DNA from: an uncultured virus (IMG/VR IMGVR_UViG_3300026549_001681)
Lineage: Duplodnaviria; Heunggongvirae; Uroviricota; Caudoviricetes
IMG/VR virus record: IMGVR_UViG_3300026549_001681
Direction: 5' to 3' (one strand)
Length of the DNA: 64,000 nucleotides
Numbering within the stretch: position 1 is the first letter of the stretch; every line of letters begins with the position of its first letter. The position numbers and the translations under genes are program-made. Shown piece after piece: positions 1 through 9,523 of this stretch. The notes beneath the pieces are model-generated. The model searched no databases. It was not told the DNA's origin and was given only the letters and a program-made list of their open reading frames with translations.

Positions 1-437
1 ATAATCTCGCAGTAAACGGACAAAACCTCGTTAAGAGTGCTTGCCACGTCTTTCTTAACTTTGACAGAACCCGAAGCATACTCCTTCCAGTATCTAACTG
101 CGATATGGTCAGGCTTAAGAGTTGCAAGCGCGGAAAAGATCGGATCAGCTTCGGTAGTACCGTCAGCCTTGATATCCGTAGCCTTATCAACGAGTTCGAA
201 TACTTTGTCATAATTCTTCTCATGCTCAGCAAGCTCAAAGTAGACATAATACATAGCGGCTAACATCAAGCACTTAGCTGCATTTTCCCAGAAAGGATCA
301 ACTTTGTATTGGTCATCCATGCCGTGATCTTCACCGTATGAATGAACCATTTCAAAAGCTACACCGACCTCGGTCTCGATATCTCTTTGGACTTCGTTCT
401 GTCTTACGAGTGCAAACGGGTTATAGTTACATTTCAT
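1..437 (-). CDS. VirD4/TraG-like all-alpha-domain protein (runs off window start; not in ORF track)
   Basis: Manual translation MKCNYNPFALVRQ...KVDPFWENAAKCLMLAAMLCLY...; GGAGG RBS before ATG at 437; YNPF...DPFW signature of the VirD4 middle domain. Confidence 0.6.
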   Translation of the reverse strand, partial: MKCNYNPFALVRQNEVQRDIETEVGVAFEMVHSYGEDHGMDDQYKVDPFWENAAKCLMLAAMYYVYFELAEHEKNYDKVFELVDKATDIKADGTTEADPIFSALATLKPDHIAVRYWKEYASGSVKVKKDVASTLNEVLSVYCEI

Positions 438-460
438 TTTGGAAACCTCCTTATGGTTTG

Positions 461-901
461 TCATTCTTCCAGGTGCCAGATACCGTAGTCGATCTCATCT
501 TGCACTTCCTGATTAGTCTTATTTCCACCTTTCTTGCGGTTACAGCGCCAGCAAAGGCACTGAAGGTTATCTATGTCATTACCGCTCCCGCCACGCTTTA
601 CAGAGCGAATATGGTCTGCTTCCAAGAGCAGATAGTCGCCCAGGCCCGGACAGAGATCTTCCAGGAAGTCCCTGGAGATACCGCAGATCTGGCATGTGTA
701 ATTGTCTCTTTCAAAGACCGCCTCTTTGTCGGAACTCCGAATGTATCGTCTCTGTGAGAGCTCTCGCTGTTTTTGTTTTTGTCTCCGTATGCTTCTTCTG
801 AGCCATTTATACCGGAAGAAGATGACAAGCAAAGCAACGGCAACAATTACAAGAAGCAAGGCCTTAATTTTCGGATGTGAAGTCAATCTGTCTAAACTCA
901 T
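461..901 (-). CDS. HNH endonuclease with N-terminal transmembrane helix
   Basis: RDNYTCQICG...LEADHI...GG...NLQCLCWRCNRKK; hydrophobic N-terminus LLLVIVAVALLVIFF. Confidence 0.85.
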   Translation of the reverse strand: MSLDRLTSHPKIKALLLVIVAVALLVIFFRYKWLRRSIRRQKQKQRELSQRRYIRSSDKEAVFERDNYTCQICGISRDFLEDLCPGLGDYLLLEADHIRSVKRGGSGNDIDNLQCLCWRCNRKKGGNKTNQEVQDEIDYGIWHLEE

Positions 902-1692
902 AGGCTATGATTCGACCACCAGGGCTTTTTACCGTGTAGATGCTTTGAGATGTAATATGCACCTGACACAATACTGTCATCATCTGTAAGACCGTATTGA
1001 GAGAATAAAGTCAGAACCAGCTCCTCCAGAGGCCGCTTTTCGGGATGGTATTTGGCATCGTAAGCGTCATTTTCGATCCAATGGATCGCAGTTGGATCCT
1101 TTCTGACCGCAATCATTGCTTGGCAGACCTCGTAGAGCTCAGAGTGTTTGAAGAACCGTTCTTGACAACAACGGCTTATTTCTTTAACTAAACCTTCCGG
1201 CATAGTAAAATTCTCCAAAGCAGAGTCTTCTGGTGTCTTTTCAGCCTCTTCGGGTTCGATCTCATCAAAAGGAACAGGACCTTTCGGATACTCTTCCGTT
1301 TCAAAATAAGTGTCTTTTTTGCGTCTGCGGTACGCACCGTAATAATTGCCGAGGAATTCGTTGTATTTGACAAAGTAATAAGCAAGCTGTGGAGCCTTGT
1401 CAAAAACTTCGTCAATCAAATCTGACCAATAAGGAACACCGTGAAGCGTGCTTTCGTAGGAGAAAGAGAAACGTTCCGGATATTTGGCATACTCATTCTT
1501 GTTATTTGCATCTATGAAATCGCGAATAAACGACATAGAAGATTTTAACCCTTCATAAACTATGTCCTCATAATGAGTAACATGGCTGGTACCGGCTTGA
1601 CCGATAGCTATTTGTTCAGTTTCTGATGAAGGCTGCGTGGCGTCTGGCAATGTATCAGAGTTCATCTTGTTTCGTTTCGAATGATTAAACAT
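898..1692 (-). CDS. hypothetical protein
   Basis: 264-aa ORF with RBS, overlapping the HNH gene start, downstream of rep. Confidence 0.7.
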   Translation of the reverse strand: MFNHSKRNKMNSDTLPDATQPSSETEQIAIGQAGTSHVTHYEDIVYEGLKSSMSFIRDFIDANNKNEYAKYPERFSFSYESTLHGVPYWSDLIDEVFDKAPQLAYYFVKYNEFLGNYYGAYRRRKKDTYFETEEYPKGPVPFDEIEPEEAEKTPEDSALENFTMPEGLVKEISRCCQERFFKHSELYEVCQAMIAVRKDPTAIHWIENDAYDAKYHPEKRPLEELVLTLFSQYGLTDDDSIVSGAYYISKHLHGKKPWWSNHSL

Positions 1693-1716
1693 TGTATCTC
1701 CTCTCTTATCAAGAAG

Positions 1717-2769
1717 TTAAGTCTTTTTGTATTCGTTCTCAAGGCACTTAAGCAGGTACGAATCCAGGTTCTTTATCTTGTCTTTGGACAAAGTCAACGC
1801 TTTATGCTGCACAGCATTAAAAGTAAGCGCTCTTTCGTCCAAGTCGTCATACGGATAGTAAACTTGTGATGCTGCATCGAAAGCAACTATACCTCTGTCT
1901 GTAACACGCTCATCAGCATATTTCCTATAACGGTCTATGACTTCTCTGTGTTCGACATAAAAAGAGCAGATCTCGTCGTAATCGACAATGTCTTCTTTTT
2001 TTGTTTCTCCGGAGGGGACCGTTTCAGAATCGGACTCACTGAAAACATCACTGAGCAGGATCTTGTTTTCGTTCTTTGGATTGGCCTTGATACAGAAGAT
2101 TATCGTAAGCCAAACGCCACGAGCACCCACTTTACCGCGTTTGTATGTAAAACTAATATCTGTATATTCGTTAAGAGCCTTCTGACACACATCCAGCACA
2201 GCTCTTTTGAAGTTTCTCATATCCTCGTATTCGTTAGGAGCAATACCAAGTTTTTCACGGAGTTCCTGAACAGAGATTTCACATTCTCCATAATACTCAT
2301 GTCTTTTCAAGAACTCGTACATTAGACACTGGTTAGGTGACTTTAATCTGAGAATATTGCCTATTCTGTACGATACATAATCTTTCTTAAAGTTAAACAT
2401 CAAAGGAAGAGCGTCATCTGAAGCGTTCAGCTCTACATAAGCCTGACCTTTATCAACAATAACTCTGCATCTTTGGAATAAGACAGTCTGAGCATAAACT
2501 ACATTCTGCTCTTGATCCGGGCCATCAATAACGATCTGCAAGAGCTCCTTTGTTCGCTGTCTGAAATAATCAAGTTTAGGCTTAGTTGTCCAACCCATAA
2601 TTCTACAAAAATCATTTATAGGAATTCTTACATACCTGGACGCCGGGTTTCTTGCGTCGATTTTTGAAAGATAAACTCTCAAAAGACGACCTTCTTGAAA
2701 ACCGAGTTCCCGAACATATTTATCTAAGAAGTCACGACGTTCGACAATCTCATTACCTTTAATAATCAT
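1717..2769 (-). CDS. Rep_3 family plasmid replication initiator
   Basis: ALPLMFNFKKDYVSY...LRLKS..YEFLK...ISVQELREKLGI..Y..MRNFKRAVLDVCQKALNEYTDI; adjacent iteron array. Confidence 0.9.
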   Translation of the reverse strand: MIIKGNEIVERRDFLDKYVRELGFQEGRLLRVYLSKIDARNPASRYVRIPINDFCRIMGWTTKPKLDYFRQRTKELLQIVIDGPDQEQNVVYAQTVLFQRCRVIVDKGQAYVELNASDDALPLMFNFKKDYVSYRIGNILRLKSPNQCLMYEFLKRHEYYGECEISVQELREKLGIAPNEYEDMRNFKRAVLDVCQKALNEYTDISFTYKRGKVGARGVWLTIIFCIKANPKNENKILLSDVFSESDSETVPSGETKKEDIVDYDEICSFYVEHREVIDRYRKYADERVTDRGIVAFDAASQVYYPYDDLDERALTFNAVQHKALTLSKDKIKNLDSYLLKCLENEYKKT

Positions 2770-2820
2770 TTAGCCTCCAACAAAAGAATCCTTCCATCTG
2801 CTGATAGAAGGATACTTTTA

Positions 2821-2866
2821 CTTGTTATAATTCTTGTTATTATTCTTGTTATATCTATACTTGTTA
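2821..2866. repeat. AT-rich CTTGTTA repeats (4 copies), putative DNA unwinding element
   Basis: CTTGTTA four times between the rep start and the iterons. Confidence 0.6.
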
Positions 2867-2904
2867 CCGAGCAACGAAAGCAATGTTTTCAAGGCTTGCC
2901 AGAG

Positions 2905-3234
2905 TCAGATGTGTAGATTTATTCCTGAAAACCACTTCAGATGTGTAGAGATATTCTCAGATGTGTAGAGTTATTCTCAGATGTGTAGAGATATTCCCCG
3001 AAAAATCCAGATGTGTAGAGATATTCCCTGAATTACAGTAGAAACCCCGAAAAACAAGGGTTTGCCGCTCAGATGTGTAGAGATATTCTCTGGCAGATAA
3101 ATTCAGATGTGTAGAGATATTCTCAGATGTGTAGAGTTATTCCCCGATAAATCCAGATGTGTAGAGATATTCCCTGAATTACAGTAGAAGTCCCGAAAAA
3201 CAAGGGTTTGCCGCTCAGATGTGGAGAGATATTC
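2905..3234. repeat. Iteron array, 10 x 20-bp YCAGATGTGTAGAGWTATTC (replication origin)
   Basis: Copies start at 2905, 2937, 2957, 2977, 3007, 3069, 3103, 3123, 3153, 3215; directly upstream of the Rep_3 gene. Confidence 0.9.
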
Positions 3235-3331
3235 TCCCTCAATATGAAAAGAATATTCTCAAGGCTTTGCACCACTTGGTGCGTACACTATTTTGCAACA
3301 CACAACCGTGTTGTGTTTGTCACACGCAATG

Positions 3332-3340
3332 TTATCCACA
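3332..3340 (+). promoter_or_regulatory. DnaA box
   Basis: Perfect TTATCCACA about 100 bp from the iterons; one-mismatch copy TAATCCACA near 3378. Confidence 0.55.
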
Positions 3341-3814
3341 CTCCCTCAAGTGCTCTGAAGCAATCTTATTGTTAAGATAATCCACATATAATATGTCCCC
3401 GTCATCGGGATCCCGCTCATATATCAATGAATACGCAATGGCACAGCCAACCACATCGGAGATCATAAAGTTCATTGAATTACTGAGCCGCCTTACATCT
3501 TCTTTAACGAACTCAAAGAACCTTGTACTTTCAACTTCATTTTTGAACTCGTCTTCCATCCACTCAGTTATGCAAGGGAGCTTTGACAAAGTGTCCGAGA
3601 TCTGAAAATAATCATGAAACAAGGTAAGGCTCAACTCGAAATAAGCAAAAGCAGCTTTGACCAGGTTATCATCACGATTAACACGGAACGAAACAAAATC
3701 CTCTGTGTGACAGTGATAAATTTTGTCTTTCTCCCAATAGGTTGTGCCACCGGTAGTGTAGGACTTGATACATTTAACATCGAAAACATATTCCGTCATT
3801 ACACCATTCTCCAT
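3332..3814 (-). CDS. hypothetical protein
   Basis: 160-aa ORF in co-oriented run; start may be 3799. Confidence 0.6.
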   Translation of the reverse strand: MENGVMTEYVFDVKCIKSYTTGGTTYWEKDKIYHCHTEDFVSFRVNRDDNLVKAAFAYFELSLTLFHDYFQISDTLSKLPCITEWMEDEFKNEVESTRFFEFVKEDVRRLSNSMNFMISDVVGCAIAYSLIYERDPDDGDILYVDYLNNKIASEHLRECG

Positions 3815-4260
3815 TCCGCTGCAAGTATCATGTGCTGTTCTTTTGCTTCGCTGTATGCAGAGACAAGATATCTTTTTCCGTCTTCATTAAGATATTCGAT
3901 ATAGGTCTTGTCCTCACCAAATTCACAATCCTTATCACAAAAGATAGAGCAGACCTCCCAGTCTCCTTGCCAGTTGATAGCATACTCGTGATTGTTCATC
4001 TCGTATAAAAAGGCATCTACCGCAAACGCATGGTCTTTCATGAGCTCGGTCAGTTCTCCGGCTTTTTCAACCCATGCTTTTATTACAGGCGAATCTTTCT
4101 TCAGGTAAAAATGGCCCATAGTACCCAGACGATAAATGTCGTGTATCGTTGCGTTTCTCTGTGCAAGTTCTTTATCGAGCTGGTCTCTCGTCAGAGCATA
4201 GAAGATAGGAAGGGCATCAAACTCTTTCTGTCTTTTGGTGGTGTATTCCTCATAAGTCAT
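3799..4260 (-). CDS. hypothetical protein of a type seen on Firmicute mobile elements
   Basis: Start re-called at MTYEEY (4260) after AAAGGAG RBS; F.YEM.NHEY.INWQGD motif. Confidence 0.75.
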   Translation of the reverse strand: MTYEEYTTKRQKEFDALPIFYALTRDQLDKELAQRNATIHDIYRLGTMGHFYLKKDSPVIKAWVEKAGELTELMKDHAFAVDAFLYEMNNHEYAINWQGDWEVCSIFCDKDCEFGEDKTYIEYLNEDGKRYLVSAYSEAKEQHMILAAEWRMV

Positions 4261-4417
4261 ATAAAGAGGTCTCCTTTGCTTGATAAGTATTTTCGTCTGC
4301 ACACAAATCCGTGGCACAAGTTGTGTGTGTCCGAAGCGTGCCACGACCTTCGAATCCAATAACCATAATGACTTTACTCTCTGTTTGGGGTTGTGTCGTG
4401 TGTTGCGTTGTGTCAAA

Positions 4418-4921
4418 TCAACGCATAGGGAAGTACATTTCCATCTGCTCCGGATCAGGTCCCGCAGGAGCTCTGTCACAGAACGCGAAGTTGTTCTGTA
4501 ATATATCCACAATCTCACTGCTGTCTTTGTATCTGTGATTAGCAATGTCCATAACGAGGGCATAGGCTCTTTCCGGTGTCAGAGTGAGGTTAAAACCATT
4601 CTTATATAAGAACATATCACATACGGCATAACCAGTCCGCTTGTTACCATCAATAAATATCTGGTAATTGGCAAAATCAAAAAGATACTTCGCGGCCTTA
4701 TCGAACACGGTAGGGTAGAGATCAGTGCCAAACATCGTCTGGAACGGAGCTAAGACGACTGAGCGGAACAGGTCATCATCACGAAGTCCGTATGAACCGC
4801 CGTGAAGCCTTATCATATAGTCGTGAATACCGATGATCGAATCTGCCGTCAGGCACGCGATCTCCGTATTGTCTTCACCGAGCCGTTTATACATCTCGTT
4901 ATACTTAGCGTCGTCAATCAT
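4418..4921 (-). CDS. doc: Fic/Doc family toxin (variant motif QIFIDGNKR)
   Basis: IHDYMI..HGG..GLRD...LYPTVFDKAA...QIFIDGNKRTG; GGAGG RBS before ATG 4921. Confidence 0.85.
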   Translation of the reverse strand: MIDDAKYNEMYKRLGEDNTEIACLTADSIIGIHDYMIRLHGGSYGLRDDDLFRSVVLAPFQTMFGTDLYPTVFDKAAKYLFDFANYQIFIDGNKRTGYAVCDMFLYKNGFNLTLTPERAYALVMDIANHRYKDSSEIVDILQNNFAFCDRAPAGPDPEQMEMYFPMR

Positions 4922-4940
4922 AAATATATCCTCCGGGAAA

Positions 4941-4970
4941 TAAAAAAGAGACACCTCGAAGGTGCCTCTC
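4941..4970 (-). terminator. Intrinsic terminator-like hairpin between antitoxin and doc
   Basis: Minus strand GAGAGGCACC-TTCGA-GGTGTCTC followed by T run. Confidence 0.55.
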
Positions 4971-4994
4971 GTTATACAAATTCAAACTTTGTCC

Positions 4995-5150
4995 TTAATC
5001 CTTTTTCTCGTCTTCAGGAGTACCGTTTCCTGCGAGCCAATCAAAGAGCTTTCCGTACTTCTTGTCGAGATAACCAAACTCTTTGTCGCTCTCTTCAGGT
5101 GTCATAGGCGGAGTCTTTCTGTACTTATATTCTGTATGATCTTGTGCCAT
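4995..5150 (-). CDS. 51-aa putative Doc antitoxin (not in ORF track)
   Basis: MAQDHTEYKY...YLDKKYGKLFDWLAG...; GGAGG RBS; directly upstream of doc; KY..LF..LA resembles Doc antitoxin C-termini. Confidence 0.55.
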   Translation of the reverse strand: MAQDHTEYKYRKTPPMTPEESDKEFGYLDKKYGKLFDWLAGNGTPEDEKKD

Positions 5151-5180
5151 TCTATACTACCTCCGTGTTGTATTTTTCAA

Positions 5181-5212
5181 TATCATTATACAATGACAAT
5201 ATCATAAAATCA
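5181..5212 (-). promoter_or_regulatory. sigma-A promoter with 18-bp palindromic operator over the -10
   Basis: TTGATT-17-TATAAT; TGTCATTGTATAATGATA on minus strand. Confidence 0.7.
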
Positions 5213-5218
5213 AGCAAC

Positions 5219-5584
5219 TTACAGATACCAGACGCAGACCACAAGGTCGTTGTCGTTATCGAAAAAGGACCAGTAATCGCCGCCCGCTGCAAAGATAAAA
5301 TGACCGAGCACGCAGATCGCAACCGGTTCCTTGCAGGTCTTTAAGAATTCTGATAAAGTTATCCGTTCGTCCTTTTTATAGTATCTCTTTTTCTTCACGG
5401 AAAGAAACTGCCTGATGTATTTATCTTCAAGGTCAAGGGAAAGATACCCGTCGGGTTTTAGGCCGAAAGGATAGTTCTTTCTCGCTGTCGAGAAATAATC
5501 GCCCTTCAGGTACTCGTAAGCACATCCAGTCCCGACCATGGAGCAGGGAAGTTCTCTGAATTTCGGATCCGGTTCATAACGCAT
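5219..5584 (-). CDS. hypothetical protein
   Basis: 121-aa ORF downstream of the motif-associated promoter. Confidence 0.65.
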   Translation of the reverse strand: MRYEPDPKFRELPCSMVGTGCAYEYLKGDYFSTARKNYPFGLKPDGYLSLDLEDKYIRQFLSVKKKRYYKKDERITLSEFLKTCKEPVAICVLGHFIFAAGGDYWSFFDNDNDLVVCVWYL

Positions 5585-5659
5585 AGTCTTGCACCCCCAA
5601 ACAAAAAACGCAGGGAAAATGGCCTGAAGCTATATCTCTCTGCGTTATTATCTGAGTTT

Positions 5660-5719
5660 AGTATATCACTTCTCCCAGAATTGCAAATCGAAGATAAAAA
5701 ATCACCTTATTCGGGAGTT
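5660..5719 (-). promoter_or_regulatory. Extended -10 promoter with conserved upstream 21-bp motif (copy 1)
   Basis: TGaTATACT at 5668-5660; AAAAAATCACCTTATTCGGGA at 5696-5716. Confidence 0.7.
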
Positions 5720-5797
5720 AGCGATAAATTTATCGAGGATCGTCCTGGTAAACAACGCCGATTCTTGTACCCCATAAATATACTTCGCAAGCGTTAA

Positions 5798-6133
5798 TCA
5801 TTTTTCGTCACCCCACTTCCAATCACGGGACGGCTTTTGTTTTCTTGCACGTTTCCTTATAACCGTGCTCGCAATGTGGTAAGAAGGCCTGTCAAAAGGA
5901 TCCGGTATAAGCTCATCAAGGCTACTTTCCATCTTCATTGCTCCTAACAGTTTGATGAGGTTCTTAAGTCCGATATCACCGCCGCTCTCAAATCTTGCGA
6001 TCGTAGCAACGGAGACCATTGAAATATCAGCAAGTTCTTTTCTGGTAATAGAACTGTCTATACGGGTTTGTTTGAAACGGGCAGCGAGCTCTTCCAAGAT
6101 AGCCTTTTCATTCATCTGGTCGTCAATCTTCAT
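5798..6133 (-). CDS. XRE-family HTH regulator (HipB-like, orphan)
   Basis: RIDSSITRKELADISMVSVATIARFESG; C-terminal RKRARK..WKWGDE; start re-called at MKIDD. Confidence 0.85.
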   Translation of the reverse strand: MKIDDQMNEKAILEELAARFKQTRIDSSITRKELADISMVSVATIARFESGGDIGLKNLIKLLGAMKMESSLDELIPDPFDRPSYHIASTVIRKRARKQKPSRDWKWGDEK

Positions 6134-6385
6134 AGTGTTATCCTCCAAGTAAAGAATAATATCGTTGAAAATAAAATACAATATATGAGATATTAAACCG
6201 ATAATTAAGAGGTAAAAAAGCAAATATGATACTTTAATGTTCTGCTATTGGCCATTACCATCAATAAAAAAAGACTGATTGATTTTTTATATTTTTATTC
6301 TTTTTCGGTCTTGCTAAAACCTTTGTTTTATTGCGTTTGCGGTTCGATTACGGAGGTGTCGTTGCACGATTACGGACCATAGAGC

Positions 6386-7729
6386 TCATAAGGCCTGCCC
6401 GTTCCTGCTTTCATATATCTTTCCGTATATTTCTTTTATCTTGGCATCCGTAACCAGGGCTCTTCCTTCGTCTTCTGTCGCAAATACGCAGTAGTGACCG
6501 TCCTTATAGCCGAACCCGGCCGTTCTGCCGAGAACTGCGTTGACCGCAGTTTGCAGTGCACTGTAATCATCACCCGGGCAGGAATCGAGCAGGGGATACC
6601 ATTTCCCGTTCTCGAAAAGAGGCATCATTTTCTTAAGCAGCTCTTCTTCCGTAGCATTATCTACCCGGACAGAGATCGTGCCGTTGAAATAGACGATTCC
6701 GTTACCGGGAGCTCTGAATAATAACTCTTCAACACTCTTTCTTATGTACCGCACCGACATGACACTGTCGCCGTCGGGAAGATCGATCCGTTTCGGGTAG
6801 CCTTTAAGTTCTTCTGTCCTTTTTGCTTCCCAGATCTTACGGATCTCAGAAGAACAATTCCCGGTTTCAAAGCCGCTGTCATGCTTTCGATATAATTCTA
6901 ATTCCATGACACTATCGTAGAGAAGATGGAACTTGTCAAAGTTGTGATCGCTGTGATAATGCCCGAAATACCAGCCTTTGAAATCTACCTTCGAAGAACG
7001 CATGACAGCATCGAAGAAATCCGTCAGCTCATTAGAAGAACGGTAGTACATTCCCGGCATACCGGAACGATTCAAGTAGGACTCAGGCGCACAATGCGTC
7101 AGGATATAATCTACTTTTCCGCCGCACTTATCCAGATTAAGGAGCGCCTCTTCGTACTCAGCCGCAGACGGCAATTCCCGTGCCCACCACGAGAGGTTTT
7201 CGGTCCGGTATTCCTTATCTGTGGATTCCGCACCTCCAAAAGTAAAAAAAGTCGTACCTTCTATATCAAAGATCTGACCACGCATAAGATGAACAATGCT
7301 GTCGGTGATCCTGTGTATCTTACCGCCGTGCCATTCTTCGACCGGGTAACTGTCGAGAGCTGCGTGGTTCTCGTGATTACCGTCGATGAAGAGTGTTGTC
7401 CAGGGCATCTTGTCCCAGTAATCCTGAACAGAGCGGTCATGCCTCAGAGCTTTTTCAACATCGGCTTTAAGAGAAGCCTCAATCATTGAGAGCTCTGCGC
7501 TTGGTCTGGTTTTCCGATAGTCTTCCAAGCGTGACCTGGCCATGTCCTCAAATGTCTTTCGCACGGAAGGATCCCTTTCAGGATCGCCGATCCAGCACAT
7601 ACCCGCATCTCCCGTGATGATAAGGTAATCAGCTTTGGACAGCTCTTTGCCCATAAGAGTGTTGAATCGGTCTATCTTGATGGTGTCTTGAAGACCATGC
7701 GTATCGCCTGTGATAAAAATACGTGTCAT
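6386..7729 (-). CDS. Calcineurin-like metallophosphoesterase
   Basis: GDTHG, GD, GNHE, THC, FGHYH motifs. Confidence 0.9.
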   Translation of the reverse strand: MTRIFITGDTHGLQDTIKIDRFNTLMGKELSKADYLIITGDAGMCWIGDPERDPSVRKTFEDMARSRLEDYRKTRPSAELSMIEASLKADVEKALRHDRSVQDYWDKMPWTTLFIDGNHENHAALDSYPVEEWHGGKIHRITDSIVHLMRGQIFDIEGTTFFTFGGAESTDKEYRTENLSWWARELPSAAEYEEALLNLDKCGGKVDYILTHCAPESYLNRSGMPGMYYRSSNELTDFFDAVMRSSKVDFKGWYFGHYHSDHNFDKFHLLYDSVMELELYRKHDSGFETGNCSSEIRKIWEAKRTEELKGYPKRIDLPDGDSVMSVRYIRKSVEELLFRAPGNGIVYFNGTISVRVDNATEEELLKKMMPLFENGKWYPLLDSCPGDDYSALQTAVNAVLGRTAGFGYKDGHYCVFATEDEGRALVTDAKIKEIYGKIYESRNGQAL

Positions 7730-7777
7730 AAGTTTATTTGTATCATCATCCACTCCACAACACAACCGGTTGTGTGT

Positions 7778-8515
7778 TCAGCTGCGTCCAAGGTCAGAGT
7801 AGGCTTTTAAGAGCGACTCTATGCAGTTAGCAGCACAAGTAGTTGCCTCAGACAGGATTCCCGCACCTCGTTTTTTACTGTCTTCGCGAAGCAGACTGAC
7901 CGAGCGGACAAGCGTTTCTTCCGGTTCACCAAAAACACGGTCAGACTTGCCTTCGATCGCATCGATGCCGATCTCTATTGCTTTCACATAGTCAGTATTC
8001 GGTTCACAGTGAGCACGGATATCGTACAGTGCGAGCAACTCACGTGCCCTTCCGCCATAGTCAGTCACCAGAGTCTCAACGAACCCGTCTTCGAAATTAG
8101 GAAAACTTTCTTTCAATTCCTGGACGGCAGTTTGAAGCGACTTCGTACGCAAGAGAAGGTTACTTATAGTTCTGTAAGCCGAGGCTCTGCCCATGCGGAT
8201 AGCTTGTAATCTTCCGAGCTCGTTCCACTTGTGTTCAGAACGGGCCTTGTTTTCGGCATTTTCAGCTCTGGAGACGTTATAGTGCAACTTTTGCTGAAAC
8301 TCTGCACGGGGCAAAGGTCTGACATCCGTTCTTTTATATTCAAAATCAAAGTAGGATTCGAGCCACTCAACCGTAGCCTGATACATGGTCTTCATTTCCG
8401 TGTGCTCAGTGACCAGAAGAGACACGTCAACTTCAGGCGGCAGGGAATTCAGGTTGTCAAGTTCGATCATTTCTTTACCCATAAGTCCTACAACGCTTCG
8501 ATACATGTCGATCAT
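7778..8515 (-). CDS. hypothetical protein
   Basis: 245-aa ORF with AAAGGAG RBS. Confidence 0.7.
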   Translation of the reverse strand: MIDMYRSVVGLMGKEMIELDNLNSLPPEVDVSLLVTEHTEMKTMYQATVEWLESYFDFEYKRTDVRPLPRAEFQQKLHYNVSRAENAENKARSEHKWNELGRLQAIRMGRASAYRTISNLLLRTKSLQTAVQELKESFPNFEDGFVETLVTDYGGRARELLALYDIRAHCEPNTDYVKAIEIGIDAIEGKSDRVFGEPEETLVRSVSLLREDSKKRGAGILSEATTCAANCIESLLKAYSDLGRS

Positions 8516-8700
8516 AAAAAACTCCTTTCAAAACAGCAATAAAATCCTTCCATTCCTGTTTGATTATTATTGTCTGAATATTCTTTACTATTGTCTTTTA
8601 AAGATAGAACTTCCTCTTTTGTCAAAATCATGTCAAAATCAGATTTTCCTTCTTTGCACGATTACGGATACTTTGTCACAAACCTCGGTCAAGGCCTTCG

Positions 8701-8892
8701 TTACCGAGGCAAACCTTCAGCCATACACTCTGCCAAAGCATTTGTATACACTTCGTTTAATTCATCGGCAAGCTCCGGTGGCACCTTGTCTGTTATGCCG
8801 TGTTTCTCATAAAACCTTCCCATAGCAAGTCCAACGTGCATACCGTGCGAAAATCCGTCATGATATGCTCTGTCCATTTTGTCCTGCGTCAT
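8701..8892 (-). CDS. small hypothetical protein
   Basis: MTQDK start after AAAGGAG RBS. Confidence 0.6.
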   Translation of the reverse strand: MTQDKMDRAYHDGFSHGMHVGLAMGRFYEKHGITDKVPPELADELNEVYTNALAECMAEGLPR

Positions 8893-9094
8893 AAAAGTTC
8901 TCCTTTCCGACACAAAAACGTGGCACAAGTTGCGTGTGTCCGAAGTTGTGTCATTGCCGTCTGATGCAATGACCTCAAGCATTTCAGACTCTGAAAAGTG
9001 TTGTGTCAGGGTGTTGTGTCAGTGTTTTTTGTCTGTTGGTTAGTGCAAAAAAAAAAGACACCCGAAGGTGCCTTGCAGTTATAGACCGGAACTG

Positions 9095-9187
9095 TCAGCC
9101 GAAGTACATTATTGCCATTCCGACAACCAAAAGAGTAACAGTTATAACCAGTCCGGCAGCTATCAACTCAGCAGCGGAAATAACCAC
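9095..9187 (-). CDS. 30-aa hydrophobic peptide (not in ORF track)
   Basis: GTG start after AGGAGGAG; MVISAAELIAAGLVITVTLLVVGMAIMYFG; followed by terminator-like hairpin near 9050-9075. Confidence 0.5.
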   Translation of the reverse strand: MVISAAELIAAGLVITVTLLVVGMAIMYFG

Positions 9188-9191
9188 AATG

Positions 9192-9458
9192 TCACTCCTC
9201 CTCCTCATACGGATTATAATACTTGCCATAGGTCTTCAATGACAGTAAGCCTCGAAATCCTTCTGCCAAGCAGAGAATGACGGGGATTGTCAAAGCAACG
9301 CAAGCTATTATGGCACTAGAATGTTGCTCTGTTGAAGCCGCATGAAATAAAACCCAGTAGTCAAAAATAAGCGGAATAGCAAGAATCCCAGTAAGAATAA
9401 AGTTCTTTACTGCTTTATCCTTATTTTGTTTGCAAATTGAATTTAATCTTTTAGCCAT
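9192..9458 (-). CDS. small two-TM membrane protein
   Basis: Start MAKRLN after AAAGGAG; two hydrophobic segments. Confidence 0.65.
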   Translation of the reverse strand: MAKRLNSICKQNKDKAVKNFILTGILAIPLIFDYWVLFHAASTEQHSSAIIACVALTIPVILCLAEGFRGLLSLKTYGKYYNPYEEEE

Positions 9459-9523
9459 AAAGACTCCTTTCGTATAAAAACCGTGAGGAACCGGGAAAGC
9501 TCCCCACGGCATTAGTTCAATAC

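Noticed and set aside
2905..3234. CRISPR array
   Set aside because: Repeats are often directly adjacent, spacers are irregular and themselves duplicated, and the neighbour is a Rep_3 gene; these are iterons
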